This document shows, piece after piece, positions 25,660-41,900 of a stretch of 64,000 nt of DNA. The stretch spans positions 65,906,001-65,970,000 of the forward strand of contig NC_042998.1 in assembly GCF_006345805.1 (NCBI RefSeq), given 5' to 3'. The notes beneath the pieces are model-generated. The model worked only from the letters and a program-made list of their open reading frames with translations, was not told where the DNA came from and made no database searches. The translations under genes and the position numbers were made by a program. This DNA is from Octopus sinensis (lineage: Eukaryota). The first letter of the stretch is position 1. The number at the start of each line of letters is the position of its first letter.

Positions 25660-25913
25660 TCTATATATATATAAAATTCACTCTGTGTGTGTTTGTGTTT
25701 CTTCTATGCACAGCCAAACCGCTGGCATAAAGGCTTTTCAATACACCTGAAACGTTCTGGGGACCGGGGTTAAAATATTGACTGTTGCCCAAATAAAGGT
25801 CACTACCCAATCCTATACGACCCTTCCGGTATTTTTTGTAGTGGAATAATTTTTCACTTTTGTTCTTTCACTTAATATTGTTTCACTTTTATTTTTACTA
25901 TGTGTGTGTTTGA

Positions 25914-25954
<41 letters not shown>

Positions 25955-26592
25955 GTGTGTGTGTGTGTGTGTGTGTTTCCTCTATGCACGGCTAAACCGC
26001 TGGATCAATCTGAACCAAATTTGGCTGTCTGGAAATTATGTCGATTTTGTTTATTCGCTTGAAAGGTAAACGATTCTGAATTGATTCTGAAATGCTTTTT
26101 AATTCTGATAATGAAACAAAAGATTTAAAGAAAAAGAAGCAGTGAGGCTTCTAAATAGCGAAATATCTTCATACGGGCACACGCTTATAGAGTGTAGGAT
26201 ATCTTTCAATTCAGATGATATCTTTCAATTATAAATTTGAAAGTTCAATATTTCCGTGACGTAAGTTAGATATATATTATTGAAATTATTGTTCGTGGAA
26301 AGGATCAAATAAAATTAGCTATAGTACACTCGATATTTCATATTTATATCCGAAGTGACTATTTCTATTTGGATATTGGTTTCTACATGATATTCGAAAT
26401 CGAATCTACAATTTCTCCCTAACTATACAGTCTATTGTTCAGCATAGCCAAACCTCTGGATCAATCTGTATCAGATTTGGCATAAAGGGAGCACTTAGTT
26501 TTCAACGTTTTATTCAAAAGCAAATATTTTTTACATACCTGCCGTATACGTCGGTTTTGTTTTATTACTTTAAATGTAAAAGATTTTGCTAG
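25660..26592 (+). mobile_element. Non-autonomous Helitron-like element
   Basis: 5' TCTATATATATAAAA start. Three reiterations of the C(A/G)GC(C/T)AAACC(G/T)CTGG motif and an internal (GT)n. Short CCG..CGG hairpin, then CTAG|T at 26589-26593. Confidence 0.5.
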
Positions 26593-26849
26593 TACACATA
26601 GTATTGAATAATTCTCCGTCATACTTCTACGAATCCACCTCTCTTATTTTAGAGCATTTATGCTAATATCTACATAGCCTTGGCTTTTGCTATCTTATTA
26701 CGCAAAACATTTTTATATACACACGCTGAAAAATAACCAAGGTTAAACCCTTATTCGTAAAATTACCGAATCTGGAATTTAACTATGGTCTGTATATAGC
26801 ACTTATTCAGCATTACCTGACACCTTTGGGTCTCAATGACACCATTATC

Positions 26850-26928
<79 letters not shown>

Positions 26929-26930
<2 letters not shown>

Positions 26931-27321
26931 TCTTTACTCTTTTACTTGTTTCAATCATTTGACTGCGGCCATGCTGGATCAGCGCCTTTAGTCGAGCAAA
27001 TCGACCCCGGGATTTATTCTTTGTAAGCCCAGTACTTATTCTATCGGTCTCTTTTGCCGAACCGCTAAGTAACGGGGACGTAAACACAACAGCATCGGTT
27101 GTCAAGCAATGCTAGGGGGACAAACACAGACACACAAACACACACACACATACACATATATATATGTATATACATATATACGACAGGCTTCTTTCAGTTT
27201 CCGTCTACCAAATCCACTCAGAAGGCATTGGTCGGACCGGGGCTATAGCAGAAGACACTTGCCCAAGATGCCACGCAGTGGGACTGAACCCGGAACCATG
27301 TGGTTTGTTAGCGAGCTACTT
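26929..27321 (-). mobile_element. SINE-B body and tail (3' half of a split SINE)
   Basis: Collinear with 4341-4723 and stops at the TSD 27307-27321. Confidence 0.9.
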
Positions 27322-27553
27322 TATTTCATATAATTTGCCATTTAGGCATTTACAGAGAGGGGACCAACAAGGACAGACAAATATAAAGGGTGAAGTAGCT
27401 TAACACAGTTAAAATTTTCGAATGAAATTACGGATAAGATTATAAACAATGAATTTTACGAAGACAATGTTTAAAAATATTACTTAATGATCATGTCGAA
27501 GGACAGACACCCAGCCATCCGGGTAGAACCTTTACTTTTTGATCCGGTCACAC

Positions 27554-30500
27554 TTACCTGGTGCCAAGCATACCCAGCTTGCATGCCACAGGCTTCCATC
27601 TTTTCACAAACATATCTCGTGACAGACACCTCTTCACCAGCCTGATTTTGCTACTGAGGTGGTAACTAAATAAGTTAATCAACCCCTGGCCGGAGACAAA
27701 GTGCCTGTCACTATACCTTTCGTGCGCGTCTTCCATACTGTTTTTTTCAGTATAGCTACTACACAGAAAAAAAAAGCCTTTCTTTCCCTGTTAAGAAAAG
27801 GAGGCGGCACAATCTCGATGATAGACTCAGCTGATAGCTGTACTCTTCTCATCATTGACAACAGTTGTTCGGCAAAGGCTATCAGTCCCGATAACTCCGG
27901 ACACTCCACGAATGCGTGCAAGACGGTTTCCCTATCCTGCTCACATCGCGGCAATGTCGGCGAGACGGCACTTCCGTGCCTTGACAGCTTGTCGCGAACA
28001 GGTAAAGCCGCCCGGAAACACTGTCAGGCCAGGGATTTCTGGTAATTATCCAGATACCCCGGCCCGAACGTCCTCCGGAACAGGTTGACCAACTGATTTT
28101 CATCGTAGCCCAGGGCTTCCCCTAAGGCGTCTTCTGACATAAGTTCCACTAACCCACTATAGAAATCCGTGTTGGAACTCCTGTTGCCGGCGTTGCCCGC
28201 CCGAGAGAGTAGCTGGAGCGCCTGACGGCACTCCAAATGCCATTCACCCAGTGTAGGTCTCCGCTTGAAACATGCACCGATGTCCGTTAGGGATGTTAAC
28301 TGGGGAAGGTAGAACCGGACGTGCGGTGACCACACCTGCTCTCCATCCAGGTAAAGCCAGAGGCGCCTCAACCTTAACTCGATTTTCGCATCCTCAGCCA
28401 AGGCATCCCTAGCCCACCCTTTAGCGGTTTCTAGCAGCAGACGGAGCGCTTTATAAGTGGCTTTCCACCTTTTCACAAAAAGCGGAAAAGGATTCACTCC
28501 AACTTGTTCAGTCACAAATCGGGGCAAGGCACCACGGTCAGACGGTAGGTGATTACTGATGGTATAAACATCTGCACCACCTCCGCTTTCCCTAGCAGGG
28601 ATAACGCCCGCCCAGACCAGGTCTAGGTTAGAGCGGTCACCTTGCTGGCCACATCACTCCAATTATTCTCTATCTGGAGGTCTGGACCAATCCAGATGCC
28701 GCGCAGCTTAACAGGACCTTCCGTCCAACGCCCCACGACGTTATTGGACGGCATCGGCTTGCCCCTCCAGGTGCCGAGTTGCAAGCCGACCGACTTGTCC
28801 TTGTTAACCTTTGCTCCTGCTACCGCCTCGTAGCTTTTGATGGCCTCTTCCACCACTGGAAGCTGGCCATCGTCTGCCACGATAATGGAGGTGTCATCCG
28901 CATACGCCGTTGCTCCTCTTCCACACCATAGATCATGCGGCGCGCCCCCTAGTGCCTCCAACTTCCGCAGCAAAGGCTCAAGAGCCAATACATATAGGAG
29001 CGAGAACAGCGGACACATCTTACGAACTGAACGCTCGATCCTGAACGGCTTCGAAAAGAAACCGTTCACCTTGTCTACAGACTCGATGTCGCTATACAAA
29101 GCAGCGATCCAACCTCCAAAAGTTCGGGCCTAGGCCAGCCTCTCCAAGGACAGCCGCCAAGTACCGATGGTCGACCCTATCAAATGCTTTAGACTGGTCT
29201 AAATGTACCAGCGCTCCCCCTGCGCCAGAAAGCTTCCCCACCCTCTCTAAGGAGTAGCGTATAAGGTGGAGATTATCGTGGATCGCTCTGCCAGGGATAG
29301 CGCAAGTTTGCGCTTCCCCGACACGTTTGTCCACGACCCGCGACAAACTTTTTGCTAGCACCTTGGCCAGAATCTTTAACTCTGTACTCAGCAGAGTTAT
29401 GTGCCTGAAGATCCCTATCTCGTCCCCCTTGCTCGAGTCCTTCCTGATCAACGTCACCACCTCCGGCTCGCAGACTTGGGAATTCTCCCATTATGTTGCC
29501 AGTTGGCGTAGAGGCTAGCCAGCAGGTGCCCGAACAAGTCTGGCATACTTTTATATAATTCATAGGGCAAACCATCGAGACCCGGCGACTTCTCCCCGGG
29601 GCACTTGCCCAACACCTCGATTACTTCCTCGAATGTGATTGGCCCTTCACAGCACTCAGCCTCTCGTGCCGAGAGACGCGGGCCACCAGACAGGAAGTCC
29701 CTAAGGGCCTCACCATGATCCAGCGTCCCGCACCTCCCGAACAAGAGGGTGAAGTGCTTGTGAAGTGCCTCACACTTCTCGTCCCTCTTCTTGACCGTGC
29801 ATCCGTTTTCATCAACAAGAGACCCAATTGTGGCATCGTTGCCACGCTGTATTTCTATCGTACGGGCCCATCCGGCAACATTAATTCCCTCACGACCCAA
29901 TGCGCGTACTTTAGCCCGAACTCTACATCCCTCATGTTTGGTTTTGAGATGACGGTCTAATGCCGTTCTCGCCGCTAAAATGTGAGATGCAGAGCCCAAC
30001 CTCAACGCCTCCTCTAAGTTCTTAACTAGTTGCCCTTCTATTCTAGCCCTATGTAGTCTTAGTTGTTTACTAAATCTAATGTACTCGAATCGAATGGCTC
30101 TTTTAAGGGCGAACCACCACCGGTTGTTAACCACGGCTCCGGTTAACGCCCTCTGCACTAACTCCTTAATCCAGCTACGGTATGCCTCGCGAGTCAAAAT
30201 AGACTTGTTCAGCTTCTAGCAGCTGGTTCCTATCTTAAGTGTGCTATCTATGTCCAGTCTACACTTGACCATTCTATGGTCAGTATAGGGCACCTGGACG
30301 AGCTGTGGACAACTAAAACTAGACTTATCTCTAGTTCTTATTACTATCCTGTCTAGATAAGACTTGAAATTTCCGTCGCCACTCATCCAGGTCAACTCTG
30401 GGACGTTCGGATGCTCAAGTCTGTAACGATCTGCCAGCTGAAACCGCTTAAGCAGATCCACGAGACGTGAGTTTACTTTCCTATGGATCGAGCCAACGCT

Positions 30501-30953
30501 ATCGATGTGTACGTCAACGATAGCATTAAAGTCCCCTAATAACACTAAAGTCTTCGACGTCACGAGAAAGCCCTCTAGGCGCCGATAAAAATCAGTTTGG
30601 AAACCTCTAGCACAAGGTGCATAGAGTCCGGACAACCTGAAGGTCTTACTGCTGTATGTCACATCAAGGACGACCAGCCCACCTTCTGGGTCCACATAAT
30701 CTGTACTTGTCTGCAGAACCAAGTCTTTACGGATCAGTACCACTACACCCCCTCGACCTCCGGTCTGGCCAGGAGACATGATTTTCTCGTAGCCATGCAG
30801 GAGAGGCGAGAAGGTTTGTAGGCTGTCCAGTTTGGTCTCTGTAGCAACCATCACATGTATATCATGTGATCTAAGGTCGGCGAGGAAACAAGCCTGCTTC
30901 CACTTCGAACTCAGACCACGCACATTTAAGCAACCAAAGTTAAGATAAGCCAT
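27554..30953 (-). pseudogene. ORF2: APE endonuclease, RT and C-terminal zinc finger; multiple stops and frameshifts
   Basis: CLNVRGL, ATETKL, LGDFNA, SYLDRI, DHRMV; KSPGLDGLPYELY; LDQSKAFDRVDH; AYADDT; PRCEQDRETVLHAFVEC. Confidence 0.92.
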
Positions 30954-30969
30954 TACAAAAGTAAAAGTT

Positions 30970-32401
30970 CTACTTACATTTCGTTCGAGAGGTTGGGGCC
31001 GACCTCACCACACATTTGTGGGCCCTTTCCTTCTCCTCCTTCATCAGATAGTCCGGCAAGTTCGCAATACGCCGGATGGCCTCTGGGTGTCTGTCTTTTA
31101 ATTGTTTGAACACTGTTTCCTCAATCCACGCACATCTTTCATTTAGATCTTTATGTTTGTTGTACAGTCTTGGTGTGTGATGCGGAACCACCACATCGTT
31201 TATATATTTCTTTCGTGTATCATATTTAATTAATATGAGTTCATTTTTTCGTCTCCTTTTAGGGGAGCCAGTTGGGCGGGATTTTTTTTTTGGTGCCTGT
31301 GGTGTGTCTTTGTTTTTATTATTTTTTGTAGGGGATGTGGACGGGGATGATGCACGAGTTCTCTTACGAATAGTTGTAAATCCCTCCTCTGATACCTCCA
31401 TGGTATCGTCTGGGGTAGCAATATTTTGTTCAGTAGGCAACGCAGTTTTTAAGGGGGTGGGAAGTTTTGTGTGTGCAAGGGCTGGGGTTTTTTATCAGTT
31501 TGATTTGGGGTTGGCACCGTAACAGCAGGAGTGGGACTTTTTATTTTTGTAGGGGTAGGTGGGTTTGCAAGGGTAGGGGTTTTCTATTATCTTAGGGGCC
31601 TGGTGTCTGCGGTTTCTTTTGCTTGTCTGGACAGTCTACAGGAATGTGGTCCTTTTTGCCGCAGTCTACACGAATGTGGCCCTTTTTGCCTTCGACCTGT
31701 ACCCTGAGGGCCACATTCTCACCCACGAGCACCCTCTCAGGAAGGACCTGTAGGTCCTCCTGTGTTCCTTGAATTATTACATTAATGTCTCGCCCAAGTC
31801 AATATTGAGGGGCAGAGCATGTTACCTGTAATATTTTAATTTTGTCCGTCATTTTATATAACAGGGCGGCCACTACCTCTACAGGATCTACTTCCGGCGG
31901 TGCATCTGCAATTCTGACCCTGGACGTCCTGCGTCCCCTATACGTTGGCAGAAGTACCACCTCCTTCGTTTTTAGGGGATTCAAAGAATGCCCGCGGGCC
32001 ACCTCTTCCCCCGAGAAGCGGAACTCCATAGTGCCATATGCTCGTCCCCTTGCGACGTACACAATGTCCTTCCAAATCGGGGACAAGCATTTCTCGATAG
32101 TATACTTTTCAAAGTGTTTGAACCTTCTGCTTTGTGGACAGAAGGTTTTAAACACTACGGTCCGCTTCTCGGTCTCCACGATACTGGCGGAGGGTGATAT
32201 TTTAACATCACCACCCTCCTCTTTCCTTCTTTTAAATAGCTCGACGAGCTGATTGACATTGATGTCAATGTTCTCGGTTGCCACTCCGGCTACCGCAGAA
32301 AATCTTTTACTACAGTTATCAACATTGCTCTCCTCAAGAGCACTATTTTCGTGAACAATCTCAACAGACATTATTCTGTTGAAATTAGTAATAGACAACA
32401 C
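30970..32401 (-). pseudogene. ORF1 (gag-like nucleic-acid chaperone), disrupted
   Basis: ORFs 32401-31799 and 31440-30970, with a knuckle remnant GKKGHIRVDC-GKKDHIPVDCP. Confidence 0.8.
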
Positions 32402-32777
32402 AAAAAATACAAATATTGGTTTCCCACAAAACTGGGAAACCTACAAAATTTTTTTCTTCTAAAGCAGTTCAATGAGTGGTAAAAAGAAGTTCAAAAATTA
32501 AGTTTAATTCCCACTCCCATTCGGGGGAGGGGCACGAAAATAGTCTGGCAAGACTATATACACAATTGGCTAACAGTAACAAATTATCCAATTATTCCCC
32601 GGTAAAACCGGGGAACAAGACAGTTCAACAACAACGTTCGAAAAAAATATTCAGTAGTAAAATTCAACAAGTTCCAGATGGTACGAAGTAATATTAACAA
32701 CACAGCAAAATTCTTAACGGGAAGAAAACGCGTCCAAACCGTAGTAAGGTAAGCAAAATCACTCTTCAGTCAGTGAG

Positions 32778-32817
32778 GTTAGCAAGCTACTTACCACACA
32801 GCCACTCCTGCGCCTAT
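32778..32817 (-). mobile_element. SINE-B 5' head (5' half of the split SINE)
   Basis: Minus strand ATAGGCGCAGGAGTGGCTGTGTGGTAAGTAGCTTGCTAAC. Confidence 0.9.
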
Positions 32818-32989
32818 ATATGTATATATATATATATATATATGAGTAACAAAGAAGGGTGAAATTAATTAATTTGGAATAATTATCAATTACACCAAGT
32901 AGTCTTCGGCATGTAAAAGCCTCATTCGAGGAAAATTTAAGTAATACTAAGCAATTAAGGGTTTAGCAACGAATTGCCTTACCACACAC

Positions 32990-33083
32990 CGAATTTAGAA
33001 ATAGCAGTCAAAGAGATTATAGCTACTTCTTCTACTTAGTAGAAGAAATAGCTATAATCTCTTGACTGCTATTTCTAAATTCG
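32990..33083. repeat. 94-bp near-perfect palindrome
   Basis: Arms of about 46 bp with 1 mismatch and 1 indel; spacer of 3 nt or less. Confidence 0.9.
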
Positions 33084-33084
33084 T

Positions 33085-33152
<68 letters not shown>

Positions 33153-33181
33153 GTTTGTATGTATGCATGTATATATATATA

Positions 33182-33274
<93 letters not shown>

Positions 33275-33275
33275 T
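33085..33275. repeat. (TA)n microsatellite
   Basis: Read directly from the sequence. Confidence 0.95.
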
Positions 33276-33894
33276 ATTTATGTGATTAATTAAGTGAACG
33301 CCACACATGAATTTCTTAGTAACAATACCAACCATTTTGATGCGATTCTACTTTATGTTAGTTTCTTCCCCAAACTTCTCTAATTTCCTTTTTCTCCCCT
33401 TCATCATTCTCTATCTGTCTCTCTCTTCCCTTCCTCTTCTTTTTTCTTTCTCTCTCTCATTGCTCACTCGTTATCATCGTATTTAATCCTTCTCCTCACG
33501 AGGCCATATTTATTTCCCTGCACGACGTTCTAAGGATTGGACTTTTACTCTCTGTCTTTTATCTGGTCCCTTTTCAAAGAAAATATTTATCTTGCCGTTC
33601 ACTACTTTTCTCTAGTTTTGGTCAAACGGCCCTTCATGCTTTTTTTCGTTCGGATTCCTTGTATGTCTCCACTGTCCTTTTTTTTACCCTCCATTAATTT
33701 GACCCTACATAATTCCAAAATTTTATTTTAGAATTTATGGGAACAACTATTTTTGAAGACTCATGTTCTTATGGAATGCTCGAAATGAGGAAAAGATAGA
33801 CAGTCGACAACTGATGACGGGTCGTTCTCTGTAACATTTAACTGGTTTGTTTTCGTTCTTCATGTTGTATCCAAACTTGGTGACGTCCTGTACC

Positions 33895-36800
<2,906 letters not shown>

Positions 36801-39779
36801 TTTACTTATATATGTGTGCGTGTATGCGTATATTGATGGGTTGTTGTTGTTGTGGTGGTGGTGGTGTGTGTGTTTGTGTTTGTGTGTGACTGTTTGAATG
36901 CCCACCAACGCTCACTTATTCACCACTGCCAATAAACATAGAACAAAATCAGAATGAGTCACACCTTCAAAGACTATGCAAATATTAGAGGCTCGCATAA
37001 CCAAGATATGCTGTACATGATATATCAATGGAGAGATACTTAAATATGTGTAACCTGTATCTGGTTGTGTCTTTGCCAGAAATAATAACTATTTGCTGGA
37101 ATAGACAAATCTAATAAATATCTCATATTGTATACACTGCACATATGGCATTATGCAAGGCATAAGGTTGGCCTCTGGCATTCATTTAGTATTCTGTACA
37201 ATGTTCAGCCATAGTCATACCACAGCCAAGTTATTTCAGACTGCTGCGATTTATCTAACTTATTTTCGTACGAAACTTCAGGGTAAGACTTGTACGTAAC
37301 TTGTCATGTAGAGAGAATCTGCGTATATCAAAAACGTCAGTATATATTTGGATAAAAGCAGTGTTTCTATTTGATTTTTTCTTCCTGTCACATTGGTTAA
37401 CGGATTGGCTAAGTTCATTATTGATTGGAAAACGTGTGAGAGCCTTTAGCTGTTTCCATTAATAATGAGAGGAGGGGCAACCTAACACCACGCAGAGGGA
37501 GCAGACTTGATTCGGGGCTAAAAAAGCCCATTCACATGTTGTTTCTCTCCGAATCAAATGCTTACCTCAAGTTATACATACACTTAAATTATGTACACAC
37601 GCGAATAAACAGACACATACATTAATTCTCACCGTATATACATAAATATAAATTAAATGTGTGTATATATAATAGGAATAGATATATGTGTCGGTGTGAA
37701 AGAGAGATAAGTGAGAGCAGGAAAGAGGAGTAACAAAAATGTGTGTGTGTGTGTTTGTGTGTGTTTGTCCATTTGTTTGTGTATTAATTCCATTTTCAAC
37801 AAATTAGAGATTTTTTTCTAATGTAAATCTCATGTGATTATAAACGCGTCTGCTTTTCAATACACTCATGTATAACAGATTTTACAATTAACTACATATG
37901 ACTGATAACATTACGTTGATTGCGACAAAAATATTCTATATTTCTTAACGTCTATTGAGCGAAAATCTCTCCAGATTTACAAGTCTGTGCATAAGACGTA
38001 CAACCATAACACATCATGATTTTTTTGTTTTTTATTGTTGGTTATAATGTGACTATTCACTCCTCCTTTGGCGCATAAACACTTTTTGCAGCCCTAATTA
38101 TGTTACATAATATTAATGAAAATTCATTAAACGCCTTTAGGGAAGATTATTTTAACTTTTCTTATGCAGAGAGACAATGAGAACTTATCATTATTTTATT
38201 TATATCACTGTAAACCTCGTTTTTCACCTTTGAAGTTACCTTTCATTTGGAACATAATTCCATCCTGTTGAATATAAAAATTTCTAAATTTATGCTTATT
38301 CAAATGATCCGGGAAATGTTATATTTACAGAATATGACGCGTAGCCATATTCTATAAATTTTAGATGGATTCTGCCTTCCATAGCGTCTGATGATAACTA
38401 TAATTCTCGAAATAGAGACTTCTGAAATGTTAAGTATGATACGTTATGTAATCAGACACATGCAACACTTCTTACTTAATGTAATAGGATGACAATTTAT
38501 ATGAATAATTGTGAAATATTTTTTGCGAAAATATACACTTAAGATACCTGAAATGTTTTGTCCTTTACACATATACTCAAATATATATACTCGCATACAC
38601 ACACATATATTCACATAAACATATACATACATAGCCTACCAACACACACACATACACGTGTATATTCTTTGCATGCGAATACGTGTGTGTCTGTGTGTAT
38701 ACACATTATGCATAAATGTGAGCGTGCGTTTGTATGTTTTATTTGTGTGTGAGTGTGTCTGTGTGTGCAATTATTTATGTAGCTATATGCGAGTATAATC
38801 ATCTGTGTGCAGATGGGTATTCAAGAATGTACTTTAAGGAAGCACAAATATTTATTGAAACCATACAAGGAAATATCTTGGGGCCACTGTAGTTTTTCGG
38901 TGCTATTTTCCAACACGCTCTTCCTCACACCAAATCATTCGAAATGGATATAAAGTTAATCTAAGAGAATCATATGCAAACATCCAGCAATAATTTAATG
39001 CTATCATCTAAGCTAGAGAAAATAACTCGGTGAAATCTCAGTGGGAAATATCAAGCTGCATAATATCAACCATTAAACATTCTACAACCAAAAAAAGCCA
39101 TACAGACTACCTTGGAAATAGCTATCAGTTTTGACACTTGTTTTCATGTATCTTTTACCAAGATAGACACGGTGGTTATCAGGAATTATCTCATTATAAT
39201 TTAATGAAGAGAAACAGAAACCATGCTATTTTTTGTAGAGAACATGCGTACCCAATCGACTAATATATGACTATATGGAACAAAACGATTTTAAACTAAT
39301 GTTGTATACACAAGAAATGAACAATGTCGTTCAATAAAAAGATAAATCCACTAGGAGAGTTTGGAACTGCAAAAGCGCGATACGGGAATTTATTTATAAA
39401 GAAAAAAATATTAGAGAACTCAATGCGATCCTTGGTATTTAAGGATACAAACAAGTCTGAATAAATCATCACTGCATAGTCCCGACGTTGCCTCATTCGG
39501 CATCAGACGTAAGAACTAGATATTGAAGATCATAGGGTTGAGAAACACAGAACATTTTGTTGCTTTATCATTGAAGAAGCAAATTCTTTTTCATTTCCCT
39601 GCAAATCCATACAGGGTAAATTTACTTCGACAAAGTTAATGATTTCAAATTGTCTCTTTCCCTGGAATATAAGGTATGTTGAAGCATTAAAAAGAATTGC
39701 AGCGGTTGTGTCCCAATATATGTGCATCCATAACGTAGAATAATAACAGAAGTTTGGAAATTCCGCAGTAAGTTTAATT

Positions 39780-39783
39780 ATAT

Positions 39784-39827
<44 letters not shown>

Positions 39828-39832
39828 ATATA

Positions 39833-39878
<46 letters not shown>

Positions 39879-39879
39879 A

Positions 39880-39962
<83 letters not shown>

Positions 39963-39964
39963 TA

Positions 39965-39995
<31 letters not shown>

Positions 39996-40026
39996 TATAA
40001 TATATATATATATATATAATATATAT

Positions 40027-40059
<33 letters not shown>

Positions 40060-40060
40060 G
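39780..40060. repeat. Long (TA)n microsatellite
   Basis: Read directly from the sequence. Confidence 0.95.
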
Positions 40061-40416
40061 GCAAACGAAAGAAGAAAGATGGAACATATGAGAATTTATT
40101 AATCACGACAAGTGTTTCGACACATCTAGCATCGATCCCTCACCTGTTGGACACCCAACATCTAGTTCAGGAGCATCCTGCGGTACAGATGTATCGCGTC
40201 GAATGATAAATAAACTAACTCGTTAAAATAACAGATCCGCAAAGTAACGTCTCATTTTATAGAAAAAAAGCAGCCAGACGGAGGAAATATCTTTATTTAT
40301 ATCGACGATCAAAAATAAGAGTCACAGACGGAAAAAGTGAAACGAACATGCAATGCAGCGAGAAAAGTAATACACACATATATACATACATACACACACA
40401 CGCGCGCGCGCGCACG

Positions 40417-40452
<36 letters not shown>

Positions 40453-41835
40453 ATAACATAAAGGTAATTCTAATTATCACTAAATGTAACAAAGAGTACT
40501 GAGACACATACATTGCTAGAAATAGATGTAAAATACTGCTTGTACTGTAGGAAAACTGCAAATGTATACAAACACGCTGACAGAGGGGTAAACCTCCATA
40601 GGACTGAATCGAGATACTCACAGACTAGATGTCTAATTTCGCGTATTTCCGTACGCTTCATCAGTGAGAGTAACCCGATCGGCTGGTGCCGGCTAATTTC
40701 GTCTGTCATCATATATGTATTTACTGTAGGAAGCCATAGATGATTTGGCGGAATACTAATGCATTTACAAAATTTTATATAAACATATAGGTGAAAAATA
40801 TACCATAAAGGAAAATTCATTCGTCACGAAATATGATTAATGGTGCACTGATATATATATTGCTAGAAATAGGATTAAAACACACCTTGTGTCGTAGGAA
40901 GAACGCGATTATATATACACACGCTTACAAGTGTGACCTCTACTAATATCACTCTTTGATATTTATCAGCCCCGTACCATGTATTCACTGCTTTTGCTTT
41001 GTCAGAAACTCTATTTATGCTTTCCCAGTCTTTGCTCTGCATTTAGGACAAGTACCTTTGCCATCATTAGATTTGATGTTATCTAATTTCACTCTAGCTC
41101 CTCTGGTCATATGCAAAGAACTGTATGCAGTGCATGAAGATCTGTATATGTTTCCTAGTTTCATTGGGTTGGCAAAGTGGGGACACGTTATTCATTATCC
41201 TAAGTCTGCTATTAGTATACTAATTTTCGTATTCTGTGACAAGGCTGAGTTCTTGGGAACAACGTATTTAGAAGCTATTGCTTTCGTTTAATAGGAGTGG
41301 AGTTGTTGCTCTCAGTTATTTACTGCCTGTAACCAAAGTTCAATATGAAAGAGACAGAAATATATACACAGACACACTCCACACATGAGCATACATACAA
41401 AGACACATATAAACACACACGCACACACGACAAGCGCACGTGTATACTCACAAAAACTCAAACACACAGACACATTCCAACACACACGCGCAAGCAACAA
41501 GAGCTAAAAAAACAAAGAAACGCGGCCTATATAACGGACTAAGACAAAAGTCATTGAAGTGGTTGCAAGAAGCAACAAAAGAGCTTTCACAAACAGGCAC
41601 AAAACTATCGGAAATGTAACCAATTCGCTAATAATAAATGAGTGGCATTGCACCGGCGTGTGTGTTGATTACATTGACATAGTGACTCTCCTCAGACGGA
41701 AAAAATATTTGTTTCAACAAACAAACTCGCATTAAAAAGATTGAAAACCAAATTCAGAAATGAAGTATATATATAGTTAGATAGATACATAGATAGATAG
41801 ACACACACACACGCGCACGCACACACACACACACA

Positions 41836-41900
<65 letters not shown>

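Larger units (their letters stand above)
27322..32777 (-). mobile_element. Full-length Tx1-clade (L1-group) non-LTR retrotransposon, 5456 bp, 15-bp TSD, disrupted ORFs
   Basis: ORF1, then APE endonuclease, RT and a CCHC region. TSD GTTAGC(G/A)AGCTACTT at 27307-27321 and 32778-32792. Confidence 0.92.
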
